A DNA stretch of 36,209 nucleotides from an uncultured Candidatus Saccharibacteria bacterium (GCA_964364345.1 CAYILQ010000002.1:1-36209); one strand, 5' to 3'; shown: positions 14,219-22,429, counted from the first letter of the stretch. Numbers and translations are program-made. Notes: generated from the letters alone by a model not told the origin.

Positions 14219-15478
14219 ATGTCCGCTGCCCATGATAAATTGGCTAAGATGTTGAGGACTAAACCGGAGGTGGTTTTGGATTTGGAGAAAAAGCTGGAAA
14301 AAGTAACAGGCAAAACTGGGGTGGTGGAGGGGATTGCTGAACAAAATGATATGCTGATCAAGCATTCGTTTAGTGAACTGGGTATCGGCTCGCAAAACCG
14401 CGACGCTGAAACTGTTTATCAAGCCCTAATCGGCCAGCTTGAAAATTTTGACGAGCACCTGTACAACTATTTGGACAAACCGGATTTATCAAAAATGTCC
14501 GTGGTCTGCGGCAAGCTCTGTGAAACCGCTCTTACCCTTAACCAACCCCAGAAGGGGTTTTTCATTAAAAAAGATCGGGCCATCCAGATGCTTGAAAAAT
14601 TTCCGCCTCAAAATCTTCTTGACTACTTTGGCCATAGAACCGTGGCCGAATTAGTTGAAAAGCGGGGTTTTGCCTCGGTCTTTAGTTCGCTGCGTTTTGG
14701 CCAGAGCGGCCAGTGGATGCATAAATTTTTTGATGGGGCCTACAATGATCTAACGCCCAGTGATTTCGAGGAGCGGGAAGTCGAGCTCAAAGTTCTGGAA
14801 ACCATCTGGCTGGCCGTGGCTGAAAAATTCCTTGAGAAGAAATACCACAATGTCAGCCATCTCAAAGAATTGGGTGTCATTTTCGTGACCCCAATTAAAA
14901 TAGATACCCCCGGCGAGACGTTAAGGATGTTTACTCTGCTCCTTCATTATCTCAACGAAGTGCCGTTTTACTCAAAACTGTTCCGGAAGTTCTCGACTGA
15001 ACCAAATTTCAGCGACAAGTTAAAATCGCTCCTTCGGGGTGACGTCCCAGAAAACAAACTACTCACTACAAACTACTCACTACAAACTGTTTCTTTCAGG
15101 ATTGTTCAAAGATACCTGGCCAAAGATGACCCGGATGATTTTCGTTTGCTTGAACCTCACGTCAATCCCGAAGCCGAGCATTGGTACAAAGCCCGGAATG
15201 ATTTGAGAAAAATTGCCCTGCCCTCCGAAGTCTGGACAAAGGAAGGGCAGGACTTAGATTTTGTCGGAGACTTTTTCCCGTCAAGCTCGGGCGGCGAACA
15301 GCTTGTCAGTTTTGATCTGATAGATCTAGTGATGTCTTTGGTCAAAAAAGGCGAGATCAAATATCTATACCATCAGCAGGAAGCTCTGTGGAATAAGATT
15401 TTCATTGAATATCTGGGACGTGATAAGCTAGAGAAACTAGTTGAAGAAAATATTATTTCTGGTTTTATCAAACTATGA
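14219..15478 (+). CDS. Hypothetical protein (419 aa), translationally coupled to fba
   Basis: Long ORF with coding-like composition. Its stop overlaps the fba start (ATGA at 15475-15478). No family recognised by eye. Confidence 0.7.
   Translation: MSAAHDKLAKMLRTKPEVVLDLEKKLEKVTGKTGVVEGIAEQNDMLIKHSFSELGIGSQNRDAETVYQALIGQLENFDEHLYNYLDKPDLSKMSVVCGKLCETALTLNQPQKGFFIKKDRAIQMLEKFPPQNLLDYFGHRTVAELVEKRGFASVFSSLRFGQSGQWMHKFFDGAYNDLTPSDFEEREVELKVLETIWLAVAEKFLEKKYHNVSHLKELGVIFVTPIKIDTPGETLRMFTLLLHYLNEVPFYSKLFRKFSTEPNFSDKLKSLLRGDVPENKLLTTNYSLQTVSFRIVQRYLAKDDPDDFRLLEPHVNPEAEHWYKARNDLRKIALPSEVWTKEGQDLDFVGDFFPSSSGGEQLVSFDLIDLVMSLVKKGEIKYLYHQQEALWNKIFIEYLGRDKLEKLVEENIISGFIKL
15056..15088 (+). repeat. Tandem 14-nt repeat AAACTACTCACTAC x2.4 inside the CDS
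   Basis: Copies at 15056-15069 and 15070-15083 plus a partial AAACT. 33 nt = 11 codons, encoding KLLTTNYSLQT. The core is identical to 1395-1408. Confidence 0.85.
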
Positions 15479-16335
15479 GAACCTTGGCCGAATACTTCCA
15501 AGATGCTAAAGCTAATCGATGGGCGATTGGCCATTTTAATTTTTCCACGGCCGATCAGTTAAAAGCGATTGTGGAAACGGCGGCGGAGCTCAAGTCGCCG
15601 GTGATGGCGGGGACTTCGGAGGGCGAGGCCAAGTTTATCGGTTACGATCAAGCGGTGGCTTTGGCGCGGTCCTATCAAGAAGAGGGCCATGCCGTTTGGC
15701 TCAACGCCGACCATCACAAGAGTTTTGAATCTTGCAAGATGGCTATTGACGCTGGTTATGACACGGTTTTGATTGATGCCTCTAGATTGCCGCTGGCGGA
15801 AAACATTGCTTTGACAAAGAAAGTCGTTGATTATGCTAGCTCGATCAATGCCGAGATTGCCGTTGAAGGCGAACTTGGCTATTTAAGAGGGGAGTCGCAA
15901 GTTCAGGAAAAAGTTGAGATCAGCCCCAGCGATTACACCCAGCCCCAGGAGGCTTCAGATTTTGTCAGTCGTACCGGCGTCGGCCGACTGGCGATTGTTT
16001 TCGGCAATATCCATGGCATCGTTACCCAACAAGAGGAACATCTCGATGCCAACGCCCTCAAAGCGATCGCGGCAGCTGTGCCAAATGTTGCCTTAGTACT
16101 CCACGGCGCCTCGGGCCTGCCGGCTGCCGAAGTTGGAGAAGCGATAGCTAACGGTATCGCCAATATCCACATCAACACCGAGCTCCGGCTGGTTTATCAC
16201 GATAAATTGCACGAAGAGTTGGAAAAAGAGCCGGGACAAACTACGCCCTACAAATTCCTGACCCCATCTCTTGAAGCGATGAAGGAATTAATCAGCCAAA
16301 AACTCAAACTTTTCGGCTCGGAGAACAAGATCTAG
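15475..16335 (+). CDS. fba: Class II fructose-bisphosphate aldolase
   Basis: 286 aa with GHFNF, ADHHKS, VEGELG, GNIHG and LVLHGASG motifs of class II ketose-bisphosphate aldolases. Confidence 0.9.
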   Translation: MRTLAEYFQDAKANRWAIGHFNFSTADQLKAIVETAAELKSPVMAGTSEGEAKFIGYDQAVALARSYQEEGHAVWLNADHHKSFESCKMAIDAGYDTVLIDASRLPLAENIALTKKVVDYASSINAEIAVEGELGYLRGESQVQEKVEISPSDYTQPQEASDFVSRTGVGRLAIVFGNIHGIVTQQEEHLDANALKAIAAAVPNVALVLHGASGLPAAEVGEAIANGIANIHINTELRLVYHDKLHEELEKEPGQTTPYKFLTPSLEAMKELISQKLKLFGSENKI

Positions 16336-17291
16336 ATTTTTATTTCGACTACATCGCCGTCTTGGGCAATGTAATCGCGGCCGACGAGGTGGAGTTTGCC
16401 TTGCTGGCGGGCGGCGGACCAACTGCCGGTCTGAAGCAGATCGCGCCACTGGATGACCTCGGCGCGGATGAAGCGCTTTTCAAAATCGGTGTGAATCACT
16501 CGAGCGGCTTGGGGGATGAGAGTCCCTCTTTTTGTTGTCCAAGCTCGAGTTTCGTCTTCGCCGGTGGTCAAAAAAGTTATCAAACCCAAGGCGTCGTAGC
16601 ATTTCTTAATCAGAGAATCCAAGCCGCTTTCATTTAACCCTACTTCTGCCAAATATATTTTCTGCTCCTCGAGCGCGGCTTCCGAAAGCAGCAGCTCAAA
16701 AGGCGCCGAGAGAACAACATAATCATTATTTTCGGCAGGGTTTTCAAGATTTTCCGGAGTCCATTTTTCTTTCAGTTGTTTTTCTGACACGTTGAAAATG
16801 TAAATTATTTTTTTGCCTGTTAGTAAATCAAGCGGGGGCAAGTCGCACTCTCCTTTTTTAGTTTCTCTTTTTTCCTTGGTTTCTAAATCAGCCAGTTCCA
16901 GTTCGGTTTTAATTATTGCGATATCATCAGTCGGGTTAATTCTTTTGTGGACGTGGATGATGCTTTCGTCTTCAAAAACTCTGACCACTTCGGCAATAGC
17001 GTTAACTTCGCGGATGTGGGCTAAAAACTTGTTGCCCAAGCCCTCGCCCTGCGCCGCCCCCTTTACCAGTCCGGCGATGTCAATGAACTCAATCGCCGTG
17101 GGGATGATTTTGGCCGAATGCGACATTTTGGCCAATAACTCCAGCCGCTCATCCGGCACGGCCACCACCCCGACATTCGGGTCAATGGTAGTGAAGGGAT
17201 AGTTGGAAATATCCACCTGTTTTTTGGTTAGGGCCTGAAACAGAGTTGACTTGCCAACGTTTGGCAGGCCTACGATTCCGATTGAGAGCAT
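16332..17291 (-). CDS. ychF: Redox-regulated ATPase YchF (Obg-like)
   Basis: GIVGLPNVGKSTLFQALT P-loop, DIAGLVKGA, and a C-terminal TGS-like RAW...G and GDVVEI. 319 aa, shorter than typical. Confidence 0.9.
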   Translation of the reverse strand: MLSIGIVGLPNVGKSTLFQALTKKQVDISNYPFTTIDPNVGVVAVPDERLELLAKMSHSAKIIPTAIEFIDIAGLVKGAAQGEGLGNKFLAHIREVNAIAEVVRVFEDESIIHVHKRINPTDDIAIIKTELELADLETKEKRETKKGECDLPPLDLLTGKKIIYIFNVSEKQLKEKWTPENLENPAENNDYVVLSAPFELLLSEAALEEQKIYLAEVGLNESGLDSLIKKCYDALGLITFLTTGEDETRAWTTKRGTLIPQAARVIHTDFEKRFIRAEVIQWRDLLQTGSWSAARQQGKLHLVGRDYIAQDGDVVEIKI

Positions 17292-17314
17292 GGTAAAATC
17301 ACTATAACAACAAC

Positions 17315-18658
17315 ATGCGATTCAATCCAGAAATTTTCAGAGCCTATGATGTTAGGGGGGTTTATGATAAAGATCTTGATTGTGATTTTGCGGTTGGTCT
17401 TGGAACGGCGTTAGTCAGCTATCTCAAGGGTCCAAAGATCCTGGTGGCTCACGATGATCGCGATTCTTCAATTGCCCTCGCCCAGTCGCTGATGAATGGT
17501 GTGATGGCAGGCGGTAGCAAGGTAATTTACCTTGGCCTAGCGACGACACCTTTTTTTAATTTTGTTTTCGGCCAGCTTGGGGTTGCCGGTGGGGCAATGG
17601 TTACAGCTTCTCATAACCCCCCTCAATACGCCGGGTTCAAGATTTTTGGCAGGGGCGGCAATCCTCTTGGTCTTGATTCGGGCCTGGGGATTATAAAGGA
17701 GTTGGTTGAAAAGAATCAGTTTGATAAATTCAGAAAACAAGGCGACCTGATCAAGCCAGACCGTAAGAATTTGCTCGAGAAGTATGTAAAATTCGTTGCT
17801 GCCAAAGCGAAATCGAGGCCTGGAGAATTAAGGGATTTAAAAGTAAAGATTTCGGGGTCAGGGGTAGCAATGGAGGAAGCAGGGCTTCTGGCCAAAATCT
17901 GTGGCTTATCGGTTGACGACAATGGCGATATCCGTTTTCTGTTTGACGGTGATGCTGACCGGTTAGCCGTCATCAATGAAAATGGCGATCCCGTCCGTTC
18001 CGATCACCTCGTAGGTCTTTTGGCCAAGGATGCCGTTAAGTTTTTGTCTAAACCGAAGGTGGTTTACGATTCGCGATTTTCCAAAGGGGTGACCCAGAAG
18101 TTTGGCGAGTGGGGGGTCAAAGGCTTTCGGTCCCGGGTGGGTCGGGTTTTCGTTAGGGGTGAGATGATTAAACGCCAAGCGGATATCGGCGGTGAACTTT
18201 CCGGCCACGTTTATTTCAAAGAAGCCAATTACCACGAGCTGCCGCTTTTGGCGATGTTGAGACTTCTCAAAATATTGGCCCGAAGCAAAATGTCGATCGT
18301 GGAATTAGTTAAACCGTTCCAAACTTGGTATAACTCCGGCGAGATTAATTTTGAGATCGCGGATTTACCGAATCGGCCGGACTCCGGCTCGGAGCCTCCA
18401 AATAGACCACTATCATTTCACTACGATCGTGGTAAAATGATAGTGTGGGATTTGTTCGAGTTACTAAAACAAAAATTCAGCGACGGGGAATTTGATGACT
18501 TGGACGGCTTGACCATTGAATACCCGGATTGGTGGTTTAACATCCGGCCCTCAAACACCGAGCCGGTGCTGCGGCTTGTGGTTGAAGCAAAATCCCAAGA
18601 ACTGTTAGAGCAAAAGATATCAGAAGTTTCAGGGTTAATAAAAACCGCTCTGTTTTAG
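17315..18658 (+). CDS. Phosphomannomutase/phosphoglucomutase (alpha-D-phosphohexomutase)
   Basis: TASHNPPQYAGFK active-site Ser loop, DGDADR Mg loop, GGELSGH sugar loop and RPSNTEPVLR phosphate loop. About 30 extra residues precede the C-terminal domain. Confidence 0.9.
   Translation: MRFNPEIFRAYDVRGVYDKDLDCDFAVGLGTALVSYLKGPKILVAHDDRDSSIALAQSLMNGVMAGGSKVIYLGLATTPFFNFVFGQLGVAGGAMVTASHNPPQYAGFKIFGRGGNPLGLDSGLGIIKELVEKNQFDKFRKQGDLIKPDRKNLLEKYVKFVAAKAKSRPGELRDLKVKISGSGVAMEEAGLLAKICGLSVDDNGDIRFLFDGDADRLAVINENGDPVRSDHLVGLLAKDAVKFLSKPKVVYDSRFSKGVTQKFGEWGVKGFRSRVGRVFVRGEMIKRQADIGGELSGHVYFKEANYHELPLLAMLRLLKILARSKMSIVELVKPFQTWYNSGEINFEIADLPNRPDSGSEPPNRPLSFHYDRGKMIVWDLFELLKQKFSDGEFDDLDGLTIEYPDWWFNIRPSNTEPVLRLVVEAKSQELLEQKISEVSGLIKTALF
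18408..18445. repeat. 38-bp palindrome family, copy 1, inside the phosphohexomutase CDS
   Basis: CACTATCATTTCACTACGATCGTGGTAAAATGATAGTG matches the consensus CACTATCATTTTACCACGATCGTGGTAAAATGATAGTG at 36/38. Translated as LSFHYDRGKMIV. Confidence 0.85.
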
Positions 18659-19635
18659 TCAATGCCGATTTTTTGCTTGATTTCTTTCAGATTCGCCTTA
18701 GCTATTTTTTTAGCTTTTTCCTCGCTTTCCGTCAATATCCTTTCGACTAACCCCAAATCACCGGCAAACTGGCGATGCTTTTCCTGAAACGGTTTGAGGA
18801 AATCAGCAATCACCTCGGCCAGATCGTTTTTGAACTCAACGTAAGTCTTGCCGCCATATTGACCTTCAATCTCTGGGGTCGGCTTATTACTCAACAGCGA
18901 ATAGATGGCGAGCAAGTTAGAGATTGCCGGTTTCGCGTTTTCGTCAAACTTAATCTCGCTGCCGGAATCGGTGACGGCTTTTTTAATTTTGTTTCTGATT
19001 TCGTCGGGTGAGTCAGAAAGGGCAATGCCTTCGTCTCCGGTTTTGGACATCTTAGCCGTCGGCTCTTGCAGTGACATTATTTTCGCCCCCTCGGTGACGT
19101 AGGCCTTTACGCTCGGGAAGACCTCCCCGAACATGTGATTGAATTTTTTGCCGATTTCATTAGTCAAATCAATGTGCGGCAGTTGGTCTTGGCCAACCGG
19201 TACCAGGTTTGACTTGTAAATCAAAATATCAGCCGCCATCAGTACCGGATAATCCAAAAGTCCCATGTGATTGTATTTGGGTGATTTTGCTAACTGCTCT
19301 TTGTAAGTTGGCAGGCGATCGAGCCAGCTGACTGGCGTGATGGTATTAAAAATCCAAGCCAGTTCAGTATGCTCGGAGATTCTTGACTGGCGAATAAGCA
19401 GGGATTTTTCCGGATTGACTCCGGCGGCGAGAAAGTCCAAAACGGTATCTGCCACTTGCTGGTAGTAGGTTTTAGGATCAAACGGCGTGGTAATCCCGTG
19501 ATAATCAACCACGGCAAAAATCGCTTGTTCAGTTTGAGGGTCATCCTGCAAAGCAATCCAATTCTTAATCGCTCCGAGGTAATTCCCCAAATGCAATTTC
19601 CCCGACGGCCGGATCCCCGAGAAGACTTTACGCAT
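18655..19635 (-). CDS. trpS: Tryptophan--tRNA ligase
   Basis: Starts MRKVFSGIRPSGKLHLGNYLGA (HIGH-type motif) and contains KMSKT (KMSKS). The ORF extends to 19740, but that N-terminal extension crosses a terminator-like hairpin and was trimmed to ATG 19635. Confidence 0.9.
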   Translation of the reverse strand: MRKVFSGIRPSGKLHLGNYLGAIKNWIALQDDPQTEQAIFAVVDYHGITTPFDPKTYYQQVADTVLDFLAAGVNPEKSLLIRQSRISEHTELAWIFNTITPVSWLDRLPTYKEQLAKSPKYNHMGLLDYPVLMAADILIYKSNLVPVGQDQLPHIDLTNEIGKKFNHMFGEVFPSVKAYVTEGAKIMSLQEPTAKMSKTGDEGIALSDSPDEIRNKIKKAVTDSGSEIKFDENAKPAISNLLAIYSLLSNKPTPEIEGQYGGKTYVEFKNDLAEVIADFLKPFQEKHRQFAGDLGLVERILTESEEKAKKIAKANLKEIKQKIGID

Positions 19636-19664
19636 AAATCCAGAATAACAGATACGTAGAGACG

Positions 19665-19731
19665 AAAAAAGGGGAGACCCCCGGCTTGCAATCTTACATG
19701 GGCGCCTTGTACACGAACAAGGCGCCCATGT
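19665..19731 (-). terminator. Perfect 15-bp hairpin plus short GC hairpin/T-run between rnj and trpS
   Basis: On the minus strand ACATGGGCGCCTTGT-TCGTGT-ACAAGGCGCCCATGT (19696-19731) is followed by GGGG-GTCT-CCCC-TTTTTT (19665-19682). Confidence 0.6.
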
Positions 19732-19740
19732 AATTGCCAT

Positions 19741-21672
19741 TTAGACCTCAATCACCACTGGCAAGACCATCGGGCGGCGTTCGGTTCTTTGAAACAGGAA
19801 CATGCCGATCTCCTCGCGCAGGATCTCTTTGAGATCGGCCGGGTTGATCGGGTGAGTGGCTCTTTTCTCAATCAGAAATTTGATCTTTCGGCGAACTTGA
19901 GCCAAAAGCTCTTTGTTTTCTTTAAGATAAACGAAGCCCCGGGAAATAATATCCGGACTGCCCCGAACCTTGCCGGTTCGGGGATCCACCAGAGTGATTA
20001 ACACGAACATGCCATCTTCGGCCAGGACTTGGCGGTCGCGCAAGACCACATTGCCGATATCGCCAATGCCCAAACCATCCACCATGACGTTGTCCGAGGG
20101 CACGGTTTTTTTGTCAAACCACCAAGCGCCGGCTGTTCGATTGACGGGATCGGGATCGTCAATATGAATAACCGAACCGTTATCGGCGACAATGACATTT
20201 TCTTCGGGAATGCCCTCGGCCTGACCCAGAAGACCATGACTGACCATCATTGAGTAATAGCCGTGAATCGGCATTAAAAATTTCGGTCTAATTAGACTAA
20301 TCATCTTACGCAACTCTTCCTGGTGAGCATGGCCCGAAGCGTGGATGTCCATCAGACCAGAATGATAAACTCTGGCCCCCATGCGGTAAAGCAGATCCTT
20401 GAGACGCTGGACCGTTCGCTCGTTGCCCGGAATAACCGAGGATGAAAACACAATTGAATCGCTTTTTCTAAGTCTAATCTGGCGGTGCTCGCCCGAGGCG
20501 ATCCGCATCAAAACCGCCCGTTCCTCGCCTTGAGCGCCGGTGCCGATGACAGTGACATTGCGATCGGGGTAATCATCAATTTGATCAATGGCGATTTGAG
20601 TGCCCTTTTTGATGTGGAGGTGGCCGGATTCTTTGGCGAATTCAACATTGCTTTTGAGACTGAAGCCGTCAAAAGCCACTTTGCGGTTGTAATTTTCGGA
20701 AAGATATATCAACTGCTGGATTCGGTTCATCAACGAGGAAAAAGTAGCCGTGATAATCCTGCCCTTGGCTTCTTTGAAAATTATCTCAAGGTTTTCTTGG
20801 ATGGTTTTTTCCGAAGGCGTAACCCCTTCTTTTTCGGCGCCGGTTGAGTCCGACATCAGCATGGTGATACCCCGGTCGCCAATGCTTTTGATAAATTCCA
20901 GATCAGCCGGCGGCTCATTAAGGGGTGTCGGGTCAAGCTTGAAATCAGCCGTATGGACAATTCGGCCGGCCGGAGTGGTGATAATCAAAGCCGTGTCGTC
21001 GGGTATATTGTGATTGACATGGAAGAATTCAATCTCAATCTCGCCAAATTGGACCTTGTCTCCGTCCTGGACCAAATTGATATCCAGTTCCGGCAAGTGG
21101 GGGAACTCCTGATGACGCTTAAGCACTATACCCCGGGTCATGTTCATGGTGTAGATTGGGGGGTTGCCCAAGCGGTTAATGAGATAGGGCACACCGCCGA
21201 CATGGTCCATATGGCCGTGAGTCAAGATTATAGCCCGAATTCGGTTTTGTTTACCGTCAAGATAGCTGGGGTTGGGCAAGACGTAATCAATGCCCAGCAT
21301 GTCTTCTTCCGGAAAACCAAAGCCAACGTCAATGACGATAATGTCATTTTTGTACTCAATCAAACACATATTGCGGCCGACTTCGCCCAGGCCCCCAAGG
21401 GCGATAATCTTCAGGGTGTTATCGGCTTCGCCGTTGCCCTCTTTGATCGGGCGGGTGTTGACCGGTAAAAGGCGCCGGGTTCTTGGCCTTTCCCGGCCGT
21501 CTTTGTAGCGCGGCGCCCGGCGCCGGCCGCCGGGGCTCCCCGGTCCGCCCGCCCCCCCCCCCCCCCCGGGGCGCCGCGGAGTTGGTCCCTGGCCACGGTC
21601 ATCGCCGCGGCCGTTATCGGGAGCGTTGATTGAAGCTAAATGAGTTTTGAGTTCTTTGAGAATGTTATCCAT
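19741..21672 (-). CDS. rnj: Ribonuclease J with an R/G/P-rich N-terminal extension
   Basis: 643 aa. Metallo-beta-lactamase HGHMDHVGG, beta-CASP and C-terminal domains. About 95 extra N-terminal residues (GRGDDRGQGPTPRRPGGGGGAGGPGSPGGRRR...). Confidence 0.92.
   Translation of the reverse strand: MDNILKELKTHLASINAPDNGRGDDRGQGPTPRRPGGGGGAGGPGSPGGRRRAPRYKDGRERPRTRRLLPVNTRPIKEGNGEADNTLKIIALGGLGEVGRNMCLIEYKNDIIVIDVGFGFPEEDMLGIDYVLPNPSYLDGKQNRIRAIILTHGHMDHVGGVPYLINRLGNPPIYTMNMTRGIVLKRHQEFPHLPELDINLVQDGDKVQFGEIEIEFFHVNHNIPDDTALIITTPAGRIVHTADFKLDPTPLNEPPADLEFIKSIGDRGITMLMSDSTGAEKEGVTPSEKTIQENLEIIFKEAKGRIITATFSSLMNRIQQLIYLSENYNRKVAFDGFSLKSNVEFAKESGHLHIKKGTQIAIDQIDDYPDRNVTVIGTGAQGEERAVLMRIASGEHRQIRLRKSDSIVFSSSVIPGNERTVQRLKDLLYRMGARVYHSGLMDIHASGHAHQEELRKMISLIRPKFLMPIHGYYSMMVSHGLLGQAEGIPEENVIVADNGSVIHIDDPDPVNRTAGAWWFDKKTVPSDNVMVDGLGIGDIGNVVLRDRQVLAEDGMFVLITLVDPRTGKVRGSPDIISRGFVYLKENKELLAQVRRKIKFLIEKRATHPINPADLKEILREEIGMFLFQRTERRPMVLPVVIEV
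21552..21567. repeat. 16-nt C/G homopolymer inside the rnj N-terminal extension
   Basis: Sixteen consecutive C on the plus strand (poly-G on the coding strand, encoding the GGGGG run). Confidence 0.95.
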
Positions 21673-21740
21673 TAGTCACTACGAAGTACGAATTCCTACG
21701 AGTATGCGGATGCTATCGGAATCTTTTTACGGTTTTTACG

Positions 21741-22118
21741 TTAGCTGGTCTTTTTCAAATTTTTCATCAGTTGCTCAAAAAGTTCCAAGTAATCGCGAAA
21801 GCGTTTAGAAATTTCTTCGGCCAGCTCCTCATTGTAAGTATGAACAGTTAAATTTCGATCATCAATCATTTTTAGCCACTTCTCATTGTCCTGCATTAAC
21901 TCAAACTTGAAACCTTCCTGAAAACACTCTTTGGGCGAGCGGCAAACAATCCCTTGGACTCTAAGTGATTTTTGAATATTTTTCCAAGCCAGCTCAAAAG
22001 TGAACTCGAATCTTTTTATCGAAGCGTCGCGATTTTCCACGCTTTTTTCCTTAGCTAAAACCTCCCGGAATCTTTCCAGGGAGTTTTCAAATGATTCTAA
22101 TAACTCTTGGTCGGTCAT
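21741..22118 (-). CDS. HEPN-type nucleotidyltransferase substrate-binding protein (HI0074-like toxin)
   Basis: 125 aa with RFEFTFELAWKNIQKSL, typical of the NTase_sub_bind/HEPN family. Lies immediately downstream of an MNT gene. Confidence 0.8.
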   Translation of the reverse strand: MTDQELLESFENSLERFREVLAKEKSVENRDASIKRFEFTFELAWKNIQKSLRVQGIVCRSPKECFQEGFKFELMQDNEKWLKMIDDRNLTVHTYNEELAEEISKRFRDYLELFEQLMKNLKKTS

Positions 22119-22123
22119 AGAGT

Positions 22124-22429
22124 TTATAATGGTTTGGCGTGCTCAAGAGCGGCATGCCTGAATTTTTCGCCCACCAAATTGAGATCTACAACATCAATTT
22201 TTCGAAGAGTGGGAATTTGCTCCACTTCTTGTCGGATCTTGAACATTAAATTATCCGGCACCTTTTCCTTGCCCAGAATACCGATGTCAATGTCAGAAGT
22301 CTTTGACGCGGTACCCTTGGCCCACGAACCAAAAAGCATAATTTGATAGTCGGAGGGCAAATATTCCTTGGTTATTTTTTGCACTTCTTTAACAATTTTT
22401 TCTTGTTCCATGTACTCGTATTTTAGCAC
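22124..22429 (-). CDS. Minimal nucleotidyltransferase (MNT, HI0073-like antitoxin)
   Basis: 101 aa with the LFGSWAKGTASKTSDIDIGIL (GS-x9-SDxD) polymerase-beta-type NTase motif. Confidence 0.85.
   Translation of the reverse strand: MLKYEYMEQEKIVKEVQKITKEYLPSDYQIMLFGSWAKGTASKTSDIDIGILGKEKVPDNLMFKIRQEVEQIPTLRKIDVVDLNLVGEKFRHAALEHAKPL

Noticed and set aside
19636-19740. T-box riboswitch upstream of trpS
   Set aside because: The spacer is only 105 nt, too short for stem I, the specifier loop and the T-box/antiterminator. No AGAGA/T-box consensus is visible. It is treated as a hairpin/terminator instead.
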